64,000 bases of DNA from an uncultured Chloroflexia bacterium (GTDB lineage: Bacteria; Chloroflexota; Anaerolineae; Anaerolineales; Villigracilaceae), in NCBI GenBank assembly GCA_963739255.1, contig CAVTZT010000010.1:212392-276391 (forward strand), written 5' to 3'. Below are positions 16,920 through 26,421 of the stretch, piece by piece; the first letter of the stretch is position 1; each line of letters starts with the position of its first letter. The notes beneath the pieces are model-generated. The model had not been told where the DNA came from. It saw only the letters and a list, made by a program, of their open reading frames with translations, and searched no databases. The translations under genes were made by a program, and so were the position numbers.

Positions 16920-18623
16920 ATGAAAACGGTCCAATCTCGTAAGGATATCTTCTTTACGGTTACATGGATATTCTTTTTGGCGATTGTCGTCCTCTGGCTG
17001 AACCTATCTTGGAATCCGACATTGAAAGGAATAGGTTCCGATAGTGGAGTGTATGCTTATATCGGGAGCGCAATTATCCATGGTCAGATTCCTTACCGTG
17101 ATGTGTGGGAACAAAAACCGCCGGTTGGGTTGTATTTGAATGCTCTCGCGGTGTTCCTTTTTGGGCGGAATCTATGGGCGATTTGGTGGTTCAACCTGAT
17201 TTGGATCACTCTTTCGGCCGCCGTTTTTTTCCTGGTCTTAAGAAAGATGATGGGGTTGCTTGTAGGTTGTATGGCAAGTATTCTATTTGTTCTTGGAGCG
17301 ATGGAGCCGAGTATTTTCCAGGGGGGGAACCTGATGGAAATCTATGGATTCCTACCTCAGATTCTTATCATTGGGTGTACATATTATTTCTTCACTACAC
17401 AACGTAACCTTTGGGTTTTTTGGGGAGGAGTGCTGACCGGCATTGCATTCTTAACAAAGCAAACCACGATCGCACTTGGAGCGTCTTCACTGGTGGCGAT
17501 AGAAATGATCACGCTTCTCCGCCGAGAACATAAAGATCTTTGGGCGCGGCCGGCTATCTTTTTCTCCGGTTTCATGCTTCCTATAGGGATTGCCACCTCG
17601 TACTGGCTAGCCGTCGGTGCCGTTAAAGAATACCTGGCCGGGGTTTTTCTATACAGCCTCTCCTATGTAGGCTTACAGGTTTCTTTTCTATGGTCCGTAA
17701 AACACACGTTCGTGAGTGTTTTCCCGGCGATGTTTATCAGCAAAATTTATTTTATTGCGGCAATATCGTTTCTGTTGTACCTGGTAGAAAATCTTAGGTG
17801 GTTTTTGAACCGGATAATTTCATTATTGAAAACGAAATCTGCGATTCTCGGCGACAGCATTTCGCCCGTTGGGCTAACCCTGTTAGCAGTTTTTATTGCA
17901 CTGCCCCTGGAAATTGTACTTGCCTCGCTGGGAGCAAGAAATTATGGACATTATTTTCTCTCGCTTTTACCGGCCGTCACAGTTGCCGTAGCCTATATTT
18001 TTGCGAAAGCCATCACTATCTTGCGTATTCCGCAATTCGGAAAAAAAGATCCACGTGCCTGGTTGGCGGTTGGCGGAGGCATCCTTGCCTTGGCATCCTT
18101 GGCCTGGATGTTAGGTGCTGTGGCAGAAGAAGCACCGACGTCAAAAATCCTTGCAAGCTTTCCAAAGGTATTATTCGACTACCCGGATCCCGGTAACGAT
18201 GTTGCATCGTATGTTGATGAGATGACAACGCCAAATGATCCAGTCCTTGTATGGAACGCCCATGCGACCATTTACTTCCTCGCGGATAGAAAGCCGCCTC
18301 AAAGAGTATTGTCGGCCACGTATATAATTTCGTCTGGTCCAACTGGAGGTTCCAAAAGCAACCTGGCCGAATTCCTTGATGAATTCGAAGCGAATCCTCC
18401 CAGGCTGATCGTCGTGCAAAAGGTTTCCTCCATTGGGCTGCCATTTATCAATGTTCCAGTAGAAAAGATGTGCCCTCATGGTGGTTGCATACCCGAGGTC
18501 GCCGAGGGCATGCAACATCCTGACACCATTGCGCACCTCCAAGAATTCAGGCAATATTTCCTGGAGCATTACACTTTAGATACGAACTTGGGTGACCTTT
18601 TGATCTATAAACGGACCTATTGA
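16920..18623 (+). CDS. GT-C fold membrane glycosyltransferase, paralogue 2
   Basis: 567 aa. 'DSGVYAYIGSAIIHGQIPYRDVWEQKPPVGLYLNALAVFLFGRN', 'QGGNLMEIYGFLPQ', 'FLTKQTTIALGA', 'GARNYGHYF', 'NDPVLVW...PPQRV...NPPRLIVVQKVSSIGLPFINVPVEKMC'. Confidence 0.7.
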   Translation: MKTVQSRKDIFFTVTWIFFLAIVVLWLNLSWNPTLKGIGSDSGVYAYIGSAIIHGQIPYRDVWEQKPPVGLYLNALAVFLFGRNLWAIWWFNLIWITLSAAVFFLVLRKMMGLLVGCMASILFVLGAMEPSIFQGGNLMEIYGFLPQILIIGCTYYFFTTQRNLWVFWGGVLTGIAFLTKQTTIALGASSLVAIEMITLLRREHKDLWARPAIFFSGFMLPIGIATSYWLAVGAVKEYLAGVFLYSLSYVGLQVSFLWSVKHTFVSVFPAMFISKIYFIAAISFLLYLVENLRWFLNRIISLLKTKSAILGDSISPVGLTLLAVFIALPLEIVLASLGARNYGHYFLSLLPAVTVAVAYIFAKAITILRIPQFGKKDPRAWLAVGGGILALASLAWMLGAVAEEAPTSKILASFPKVLFDYPDPGNDVASYVDEMTTPNDPVLVWNAHATIYFLADRKPPQRVLSATYIISSGPTGGSKSNLAEFLDEFEANPPRLIVVQKVSSIGLPFINVPVEKMCPHGGCIPEVAEGMQHPDTIAHLQEFRQYFLEHYTLDTNLGDLLIYKRTY

Positions 18624-18918
18624 TATATCTTATGGTCCATTTGTAGACAGAAAGGCATTGTTGAACAGCAACATGTTCTTTTTACTCGTTGATCGGTTGC
18701 TGGACTGCAGGGTGATATGCAACGGTTTGCGCCTCAAGCCAAACAAGTGCGCGCTGCATGTTGACCGGCGCAGGCGTCCCAATTATTGGATTGACCGCGG
18801 GACGCGCTCGGGCCTCCTCGAAGAATATGCTGAATTCAGCACACCCAGCGAACCATCTGTCAATTTTTCCATCACCTCGAGGCTTGGCAGCTTATGAAAC
18901 GTCTGAAGGAATAAGAAG

Positions 18919-20637
18919 ATGGGATTGGCAGCAGGCAGCAACATCCAGGAGTCTCGGCCTCATGGCAATGTTGCCATGACAGTCTCGTGGTCGATTGTGT
19001 TGGCCGTCGTTGTATTTTCGCTCAACCTGCCCTGGAGTCCGATCTTTACCGACCTTGGGTCAGATTCTGGATTATTTGCGTATGTCGGCAGCGCAATTTT
19101 ACACGGGCAGCTTCCTTACCGTGACGTCTGGGAGCAAAAGCCCCCCGTCGGGTTTTATCTGAATGCGTTGGCGGTTTTCCTTTTTGGCCGGAATCCCTGG
19201 GCCATCTGGTGGTTCAACCTGATCTGGGTCGCGCTCTCCACGATCGCAGTATTCTTGATCGCCAAGAAAATGATGGGCATCCTTCCGGGTGCAATTGCCG
19301 GAGCCGTATTTGCCCTGGGCGTCATGAGCCCGAGCATTTTCCAGGGGGGGAACCTGATGGAAATCTATGCACTTCTTCCACAGGCCGGGGTGATTGCATG
19401 TGCCTATTTTTTCTTTGCCACGCAGCGTAACCGCTGGGCTTTCTTGGGGGGATTGGCCAGCGGCATTGCTTTTATGACCAAACAGACCTCTATTGCCCTT
19501 GGGGCCTCGTTCTTTCTTGCCATGATCCTGGTTGCCCTCCATTTACATAAGATTAGAGATCTTTGGATGAGGCTGGCTGGCTTTATTGCCGGATTCCTCA
19601 TCCCGCTTGGGATTGCCATGGCGTGCTGGTCGGCTGCCGGCGCGCTGGGCGATTTTATGGACGGCATCTTTTTACACAGCCTCGTCTATGTAGGTGCACG
19701 AGTCTCTTTCATTAAGGCTTTGGGCATTGCACTTTTGGTTGCATTTCCACAATTGGGGATCAGCAAACTATACTGTATTGCCGCCCTTTCCTTTATCCCA
19801 TACCTTCTGGAAAATTATCGCTGGTATGCAACCAAACTTTTCCCTCGCCAGACAGGAGAATCCGCGAGCGCGGGCGGGAGGATCTCGCCGGTGGAACTGA
19901 CCATGCTGGTCGTTTACGTTGCCCTGCCTTTTGAAATAGGGTTTGCCTCGCTCGGCGGCAGGAATTTTGGGCATTACTACCTCGCCCTCGTCCCGTCCAT
20001 TGCGACGGTCATTGGCTATATCTTCTGGAAGATTTCCATCTCGTTGCGCAGCGTACGATTCGAGATTAAAAGCAAGATCATCTGGAATGCAATCGGGATG
20101 GCCGTACTTGGGCTTGCCGCGCTGGTGTGGGTGGGAACGGCGCTCGTAGAAGAAGCGCCAAAAGTGGAACACCTGGCGACCATCCCCAGATTATTCGACT
20201 CCCCGCATAAATTGAATGACCTGGAGAATTACATCATTCGAAATACCACCCGCGATGACCCGGTGCTCGTGTGGCATATCCACGTGGGGATCAATTTCAT
20301 TACGGATCGGCGTCCGCCGCAAAGGGTTCTGTTCCCGGCGAACCTTTTTTCTGCTCCCGAGACATCCAGAAGCGGTCTTTCTGAATTCTTGATCGAGCTG
20401 GAGAAGAACCCGCCCAGGTTGATCCTGGTGCAGGAGGTCTCCTCCATTGGCCTGCCTTTCGTGAATGTCCCAGTGGAACAGATGTGCACCGATCAAAAGT
20501 GCATGCTGGAGTTTGCAGAGGCTTTGAAAAGACCTTCCATTTACGCCGATTTGCAGGAACTAAGGCAATACTTCATCGAGCACTACGCCTTCGACAGGCA
20601 GATTGATGACTGGTTGATCTACCGGTGGAGTCAATAA
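18919..20637 (+). CDS. GT-C fold membrane glycosyltransferase, paralogue 3
   Basis: 572 aa, colinear with paralogue 2 over long identical runs: 'LPYRDVWEQKPPVGFYLNALAVFLFGRN', 'QGGNLMEIYALLPQ', 'NPPRLILVQEVSSIGLPFVNVPVEQMC'. Start is uncertain (18919 or 18976). Confidence 0.7.
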   Translation: MGLAAGSNIQESRPHGNVAMTVSWSIVLAVVVFSLNLPWSPIFTDLGSDSGLFAYVGSAILHGQLPYRDVWEQKPPVGFYLNALAVFLFGRNPWAIWWFNLIWVALSTIAVFLIAKKMMGILPGAIAGAVFALGVMSPSIFQGGNLMEIYALLPQAGVIACAYFFFATQRNRWAFLGGLASGIAFMTKQTSIALGASFFLAMILVALHLHKIRDLWMRLAGFIAGFLIPLGIAMACWSAAGALGDFMDGIFLHSLVYVGARVSFIKALGIALLVAFPQLGISKLYCIAALSFIPYLLENYRWYATKLFPRQTGESASAGGRISPVELTMLVVYVALPFEIGFASLGGRNFGHYYLALVPSIATVIGYIFWKISISLRSVRFEIKSKIIWNAIGMAVLGLAALVWVGTALVEEAPKVEHLATIPRLFDSPHKLNDLENYIIRNTTRDDPVLVWHIHVGINFITDRRPPQRVLFPANLFSAPETSRSGLSEFLIELEKNPPRLILVQEVSSIGLPFVNVPVEQMCTDQKCMLEFAEALKRPSIYADLQELRQYFIEHYAFDRQIDDWLIYRWSQ

Positions 20638-20770
20638 CGCCGATCAAGCCATACAGGATAAAAGCTGACCCCATATCCTTGCCGACCTATTTGACTTTGG
20701 CGAGGAGAATCGTGGAATTCCAACTCCCCCAAGTGGGACCGTTTAGACGATTTGTGATTTAGGAGGAATA

Positions 20771-21760
20771 ATGTATCTTGCGGCCGAAAATAGATATGAC
20801 GGCATGCGTTACAACCGCCTCGGGCGCAGCGGGTTGAAGCTGCCGGCGATTTCGCTCGGCTGGTGGTACAACTTTGGCGGCGTGGACGTTTTCGAGAACG
20901 CCCGTGCCATCGCACGCCGTGCCTTTGATCTGGGCGTGACCCACTTTGACCTGGTCAACAACTATGGCCCGCCCCCCGGCACCGCCGAGGAGACCTTCGG
21001 CCGGCTGTTCAAAGAAGATTTCGCTCCTTACCGTGACGAATTGATTATTTCCACCAAGGCCGGCTACGATATGTGGCTCGGTCCCTACGGAGAGTGGGGC
21101 TCGCGCAAGTACATGCTCGCCAGCCTGGACCAGTCCCTGCGGCGTATGGGCTTGGAATACGTGGATATTTTCTACAACCACCGACCCGACCCGGACACGC
21201 CCCTGGAGGAGACCATGGGCGCCCTGGATGCCGCTGTCCGTCGGGGCAAGGCTCTCTATGCTGGCATCTCGAACTACTCGCCCGAGCAAACGTGCCAGGC
21301 CGCCCGCATCCTGCGCGAGCTGGGCACGCCCTGCCTGATTCACCAGCCCAATTACAGCCTGCTCGATCGCTGGGTCGAGGACGGCTTGCTGGACGTGCTG
21401 GCTGAGGAAGGCATCGGCTGCATCGTCTTTTCACCCCTGGCCCAGGGTCAGTTGACCGACCGCTACTTGAACGGAATCCCGGCCGGGGCGCGGGCCACCA
21501 AGACCGAGCGCGTCTGGTTGACGCCGCAGGATGTCGAAGCCAACCTCGGCAAGGTGCGCAAGCTGAACGAGATTGCTGGCCGCCGCGGGCAAAAGCTTTC
21601 CCAGATGGCCCTCGCCTGGGTGCTGCGCAAGCCGCAGGTCACTTCGGCCCTGATCGGGGTCAGCCGGGTCGGGCAATTGGAGGACAACCTGGCCGCCTTG
21701 AACAACCTGACGTTTTCTGCGCAGGAATTGAGAGCGATCGAGAAGATCCTCAAGGAGTAA
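20771..21760 (+). CDS. aldo/keto reductase (YghZ/Gpr-like)
   Basis: 'YNRLGRSGLKLPAISLGWWYNFG', 'GVTHFDLVNNYGPPPGTAEE', 'DIFYNHRPDPDTPLEETMGALD', 'GKALYAGISNYS'. RBS AGGAGGAA lies upstream. Confidence 0.9.
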   Translation: MYLAAENRYDGMRYNRLGRSGLKLPAISLGWWYNFGGVDVFENARAIARRAFDLGVTHFDLVNNYGPPPGTAEETFGRLFKEDFAPYRDELIISTKAGYDMWLGPYGEWGSRKYMLASLDQSLRRMGLEYVDIFYNHRPDPDTPLEETMGALDAAVRRGKALYAGISNYSPEQTCQAARILRELGTPCLIHQPNYSLLDRWVEDGLLDVLAEEGIGCIVFSPLAQGQLTDRYLNGIPAGARATKTERVWLTPQDVEANLGKVRKLNEIAGRRGQKLSQMALAWVLRKPQVTSALIGVSRVGQLEDNLAALNNLTFSAQELRAIEKILKE

Positions 21761-21763
21761 ACC

Positions 21764-22189
21764 ATGTCCCCTGCATTTGCTTCTCCCCCCGATCTGCACA
21801 TCTTTCAAGCCCAGGTATGGGAAATCGTCCGCCAGGTACCGCCCGGGAAGGTCGTCACCTACGGGCAGATTGCCGGGTTGATTCCGCCGCCCGGCGGCAT
21901 GGACCCGAAACGTTACCTGGCCTTCGGGGCGCGCTGGGTGGGCGGGGCGATGGCAGCCTGCCCGGAAGACGTGCCCTGGCAGCGCGTCATCAACGCGCAA
22001 GGGAAGATCAGCCTGCGACCGGGAGCAGAGAAACAGCGGGACCTGCTTGAAGCGGAAGGCGTGAAGTTCGACGAACGCGAGCGGGTGGATTTGAAACAGT
22101 ACCAATGGGAAGGTCCCGACCGGACGTGGTCCCAGGCGCACGGGCTGGTGCCGCCCCAGGCCAAGCCGGCGCAGGATCAGTTGTTCTAG
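21764..22189 (+). CDS. MGMT-family DNA-binding protein without catalytic Cys (alkyltransferase-like, ATL)
   Basis: 'FQAQVWEIVRQVPPGKVVTYGQIAGL' winged-helix region. The PCHRV active-site position reads 'VPWQRVIN' (Cys replaced by Trp), as in YbaZ/Atl1-type proteins. Confidence 0.75.
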   Translation: MSPAFASPPDLHIFQAQVWEIVRQVPPGKVVTYGQIAGLIPPPGGMDPKRYLAFGARWVGGAMAACPEDVPWQRVINAQGKISLRPGAEKQRDLLEAEGVKFDERERVDLKQYQWEGPDRTWSQAHGLVPPQAKPAQDQLF

Positions 22190-22297
22190 AACAGCAGGCG
22201 ATCAACCTCTCCCTTCCCGGCTTTACGGGGGTGCAAATGTAATCTTGACGCGGTGCTATACTTATAGTCGGCACCGGTTTCAAGTCGATCGGAAAGA

Positions 22298-23896
22298 GTG
22301 CTGAGGCCAGGAGTGGACACGGTTAGAGTCAGTATCGTCGGCGTTCTTCTCTTTGCAGCCACTTTGATCGTCTCCCTTTCCATTGTTGCGTGGCGGCGAA
22401 GAATAACGGCCGGCGCGCCGGCGATCTATTTTTGCCTGTGCATGGCCCTGCTGGCCATTTACACTCTCTCCTATGCGCTGGAATTATCCAGCAATACGCT
22501 GGATGCCATCCTGTTCTGGATCAAATTTGAATACCTCGGCATCCCGACCATGATCCCGATGTGGTTGTTGTTTGCGTTGAGCGTCACCGGCAGAGGCAGC
22601 TGGATCACCCCGAGGCGCATTGCCGTCCTTTTTATCATCCCTCTTGTGACGATTCTGGCAAACTACACCAACCAGTTCCACCATCTTTACTACGCCACCA
22701 CCAGCCTGGATGCCGTCGGCCATTTTCCCACCCTGGTCATCACGATGGGACCTTTTTATTGGCTCCACTTGATTTATTCAAACATCTGCCTGGTCATCAT
22801 CACCTATTTATTCATCCACATGCTGGTCAAGGCAGCCCCTTCATTTCGCAGGCAGGCGGTCATCTTTTGTGTTGGCTCGTTGATCCCCTGGATTGGGTAT
22901 GCTTTTTATTTTTCGGGGCACAGTCCCTATCACCTGGACCTTATTCCGATCGCCATGAGCATCACCGGCCCACTCCTTGCCCTGGGTGTATTCCAATTTC
23001 ATGTCCTTGATATTGTGCCGATTGCACGGGAAATCGTATTCGAGGAGATGATCGACGGTGTGCTGGTCCTCGACATGAAGGACCGGATCGTCGACTACAA
23101 CCCTGCAGTTCAATCCATGCTGCCAGAAATCTGCAGGGCTTCCATCGGCTGTGCGGTGGACGAGGTGCTGGTCAAGCGCCCGGAATTACTCCGCCAGATC
23201 GGGCAAAATTCCCTGGAGACCGTCCAATTGAAAGTGCATGATGGGGACAAGGAAACGCACACCTATCAAAGCCGGGCTTCCTGGATGCACTCCTCGCGCG
23301 GCAAGGTCGTCGGCAGGACGATCGCGTTGCACGACTATACTCAGGAGACCTCGCTGCTCAACCAGCTCAAGGACCTTGCCCGGCGCGACGGCCTGACCGG
23401 TGTTTACAACTATCGCCATTTCTCGGAACTGGCCAACGCTGAAATTGAACGGGCACAGCGATATAAAAAAGTCTTTTCTCTCATCATCCTTGACCTCGAC
23501 CGCTTCAAGCGCGTCAACGATCGCTACGGTCACGCCGCCGGAGATGTCGCCTTGAAGGCGGTGGTGAACAGATGCCGCCGGAAGATTCGCAAGGTTGACA
23601 TCATGGCACGCTTTGGAGGTGAGGAATTTGTCATCCTCCTGCCGGAAACGACCCCGGAGAAAGCCGGCGTGCTCGCCGAGAGATTGTGTGCTGCGATCCG
23701 GACGAAACCAATCCGATATGACGGACAGGCGATCAGGGTCACGGCAAGTTTTGGCGTGACCGGTTTGGTATCGCCTCGGAAGGTTTCGCTGGAGGACCTC
23801 TTCCGCGCGGCGGACAAAGCCTTGTATATCGCCAAAAAGGGAGGACGGGACCAGGTGTCCGTCCAGACTTATCCGGCGAGGCGTGAGTCTGCCTGA
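22298..23896 (+). CDS. diguanylate cyclase with 7TM sensor and PAS domains
   Basis: N-terminal 7TM region resembling the histidine-kinase 7TM family ('FWIKFEYLGIPTMIPMWLLFAL', 'NYTNQFHHLYY'), a PAS-like middle, and a GGDEF domain 'RFKRVNDRYGHAAGDVALK...ARFGGEEFVILLPET'. Confidence 0.85.
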   Translation: MLRPGVDTVRVSIVGVLLFAATLIVSLSIVAWRRRITAGAPAIYFCLCMALLAIYTLSYALELSSNTLDAILFWIKFEYLGIPTMIPMWLLFALSVTGRGSWITPRRIAVLFIIPLVTILANYTNQFHHLYYATTSLDAVGHFPTLVITMGPFYWLHLIYSNICLVIITYLFIHMLVKAAPSFRRQAVIFCVGSLIPWIGYAFYFSGHSPYHLDLIPIAMSITGPLLALGVFQFHVLDIVPIAREIVFEEMIDGVLVLDMKDRIVDYNPAVQSMLPEICRASIGCAVDEVLVKRPELLRQIGQNSLETVQLKVHDGDKETHTYQSRASWMHSSRGKVVGRTIALHDYTQETSLLNQLKDLARRDGLTGVYNYRHFSELANAEIERAQRYKKVFSLIILDLDRFKRVNDRYGHAAGDVALKAVVNRCRRKIRKVDIMARFGGEEFVILLPETTPEKAGVLAERLCAAIRTKPIRYDGQAIRVTASFGVTGLVSPRKVSLEDLFRAADKALYIAKKGGRDQVSVQTYPARRESA

Positions 23897-23905
23897 GGCA
23901 GCCGG

Positions 23906-24886
23906 TTACTTTTTGATGGAGAGATCCACCACTAGCGTGTCCAGGGCCAGGTCCAGCGGGACCTGGCTCGTTTTGGCCCCCTCGTCGATTTCCAACAAGC
24001 GGTGATAAATGGCTTCAAGTGCGGGCAGTGAAAACCGCCGCGCTTGTTGGATCACTTTTTCGGCCACGAAATCGCGCAGCCCGAGCTCTTGCTGGATCTG
24101 AGACTTGCTTCCGCCTGCCTCGAGGCTTTCCCGCGCCTGGAGCAGCAGGCGGAACTGGCGGATGATCATGGGCCACAAATCGAAAGGGTCCTCCTCGTCG
24201 AGCAGGCGGTGGAGGGCGCTTTGCGCCTTGCGCGCCTCGCCCATGCCCAGGGCATCCACCAGGTCGAAGACGCTGCCCTGTGCGCTGGCCAGGCTGACCT
24301 GTTCCACGTCTTTCAGGCTGACAGACCGGGCGTAATTGACATACGTCAGCAGCTTGGCGATCTCCTGGGAGGCGATGCGCGTGTCCTCGCCGGTCAACTC
24401 GGCCAGGCGCGCGGCCGCGGCCGGTTCGATCTGGCCGCCCTGCTTTTTGGTCTCCTGGATGATCCAACCCGGCATGTCTCGGCGCTTGGGCAGGCTGAAA
24501 AGGCGCGCCTCAGCCCGGGACGCCGCCCGCTGCACCCACTTGAGCAGCCAATGATCGGCTTTCAAGATCTCGGTTTCGACCAATGCAAAGGTAGTCGTCG
24601 GCGGAAGCCGGTCCAGGAGGTCCAGTAATTTCTTGCGCCCCTCCGGCGACGCAAACGCCGCTGAGGGATGCCACAGGACCACCAACCGCCGCGGGGACAG
24701 GAAGGGCGCGGCGTTGGCTGCTGTGTTCAGCGCCTCGAAGTCCAGCCCGAGGCGGCCGTCGAAGCGCGCCAGGTTCAGTGCCGCGTTGGATGGGTCGCCG
24801 AGCGCCTCTTCCAGTTTTTCGAGAGCGACTGTGAGGGCAAGCTCGTCGTTGCCGTGGAACAGGAAGATGCCGGGGGAGTCAGGCAT
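23906..24886 (-). CDS. holA: DNA polymerase III subunit delta
   Basis: 326 aa. 'IFLFHGNDELALTVALEKL', 'SPRRLVVLW', 'ELTGEDTRIASQEIAKLLTY', and a helical C-terminal domain. Length and layout fit HolA. Confidence 0.75.
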   Translation of the reverse strand: MPDSPGIFLFHGNDELALTVALEKLEEALGDPSNAALNLARFDGRLGLDFEALNTAANAAPFLSPRRLVVLWHPSAAFASPEGRKKLLDLLDRLPPTTTFALVETEILKADHWLLKWVQRAASRAEARLFSLPKRRDMPGWIIQETKKQGGQIEPAAAARLAELTGEDTRIASQEIAKLLTYVNYARSVSLKDVEQVSLASAQGSVFDLVDALGMGEARKAQSALHRLLDEEDPFDLWPMIIRQFRLLLQARESLEAGGSKSQIQQELGLRDFVAEKVIQQARRFSLPALEAIYHRLLEIDEGAKTSQVPLDLALDTLVVDLSIKK

Positions 24887-24921
24887 GATGTTCCGGGAGG
24901 GACATTGGAGAGCCCCAAGGG

Positions 24922-25425
24922 TCAGCCCTGGGTGACCACGCGGTGCAGGCTGAGCCGCCCGAGTCTGACCGGGAAGACGTCCACGATGGACATGGCCCCG
25001 GGGTCGCCCGAGGTGGTGATGCGCCCTTGGATGATCGGTCCCAGAGGCTGGCTGATGATCACGCCGACGATCGCCAGGGCGATGGCCAGCGGCAGGCGCT
25101 CAACCAGGTCGCGCTTGCTCTTGGTCCCCGCCATCCCCAGCCAGGCCAGCCCTCCAGCCATGAAACCGGACACCACGTAGTTCGTCCCGCAGCCGGCATG
25201 CAGGGCGAGGGCATGCTCGCCGTTGCCCATGCGCACCAGGGCCTGGAAGACGGCCTCGCGGAGTTCCTCGGTAGGCACGTCGCCGAGGATGAAGAATCCT
25301 CCCGGGGTCGAGTAACCGGCCAGAGGCCGGGAAGGGAAGCGCTGGGACAGGAGATTGATCGTGGCGTGCTCCAGCCCGTGATTGCGGCGGATGCGGGAAA
25401 TCAGTGGTATGTCGAGGATGGTCAT
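24922..25425 (-). CDS. conserved hypothetical protein
   Basis: 167 aa. 'RRNHGLEHATINLL' and 'HAGCGTNYVVSGFMAGG' motifs plus two hydrophobic helices. Family not named with confidence. Confidence 0.55.
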   Translation of the reverse strand: MTILDIPLISRIRRNHGLEHATINLLSQRFPSRPLAGYSTPGGFFILGDVPTEELREAVFQALVRMGNGEHALALHAGCGTNYVVSGFMAGGLAWLGMAGTKSKRDLVERLPLAIALAIVGVIISQPLGPIIQGRITTSGDPGAMSIVDVFPVRLGRLSLHRVVTQG

Positions 25426-25530
25426 GGGGCCTCCGATCTGAAAAGATTATACCCGCAAACAAAAAATCCCCTCTGCCAGCCAGGCGCCCCGTAGAGGGAA
25501 AGCGGTGAGGGGATGGGACTGCCGGTCATC

Positions 25531-26241
25531 TCATTGGGAGGGAACCGGAGCGACCTCGGTTGCCTGGGCGGTGGTGGCCTGCAGGAAGCCGATGTACATC
25601 AGCACTGCCCCGACCAGTTCGGTCAGGTAGAGCATGTCCACCAGGCCGATCTTGATGAACGAGCCGCCCATGGCGGGCGCCAGCGCGCCGGCGGCGATCA
25701 GGATGTTGCCGATCATGCGGTTGAACAGCACGCGCTTGCGCCAGAATATGAAGGCCGAGTAGATCGCCCCGCCTACCATGGTCAGCGTGCCGTAGATGTT
25801 GAGCAGGATCGTCAGGGCGATGATGCCTCCCGAGCGGGTCAGAATGTCCTTGTATTGGGACGAGATCGGCTGTGCGACCTGGTAGGAAGCTGCCGCCGGG
25901 GTCAGCGGGGCGAGCAGGACCAGGGCCGCGGCCAGGACGCTGACGGCTGCCAGCACACCGGTCAGGGCCCAGGCGACCCTGCCTCGGCGGACGAGCAGGT
26001 GCAGCGTCCCCTGGCCCAGCCAGGCGGCGGTCAGCATGGCGCCGCTAAGGTACCACAGCTTCAGCACCACGCCGCTGAAGGTCAGGCCGAGGATCACTTC
26101 ACTCAGGGTGCCCAGCCCATACCAGAGCAGGCCGATGGTCCAGATCAACAGGTGCGGTCCGCGGCGCTGCAGGTAGCGGCGGAAGACGGCGACGGCGAAC
26201 GCCAACGTCACCAGGGATGATAGAAAGGGAATGTAGTGCAC
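25531..26241 (-). CDS. hypothetical polytopic membrane protein
   Basis: 236 aa, about 7 TM helices, no soluble domain. Confidence 0.6.
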   Translation of the reverse strand: MHYIPFLSSLVTLAFAVAVFRRYLQRRGPHLLIWTIGLLWYGLGTLSEVILGLTFSGVVLKLWYLSGAMLTAAWLGQGTLHLLVRRGRVAWALTGVLAAVSVLAAALVLLAPLTPAAASYQVAQPISSQYKDILTRSGGIIALTILLNIYGTLTMVGGAIYSAFIFWRKRVLFNRMIGNILIAAGALAPAMGGSFIKIGLVDMLYLTELVGAVLMYIGFLQATTAQATEVAPVPSQ

Positions 26242-26292
26242 GGTACCTCCAAAATACCATTCGGTGGCAGTGGGGGCGACGTGATGTCGCCC

Positions 26293-26421
26293 CTACTTGA
26301 CGCCCAGCAGGGACAGGCCGACGAGGGTCAGGGTGGCGACCAGGCCGATCACCAGGATGACCAGGACCGCCGGCACCAGCCAATTCGACCAGCGAGATGC
26401 TTGGAAACGCCGGCTGCTCAT
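26293..26421 (-). CDS. hypothetical small single-TM protein
   Basis: 'MSSRRFQASRWSNWLVPAVLVILVIGLVATLTLVGLSLLGVK'. The ATG at 26421 overlaps the TGA of the upstream HTH gene (ATGA), suggesting coupling. The longer ORF-track start was rejected. Confidence 0.35.
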   Translation of the reverse strand: MSSRRFQASRWSNWLVPAVLVILVIGLVATLTLVGLSLLGVK

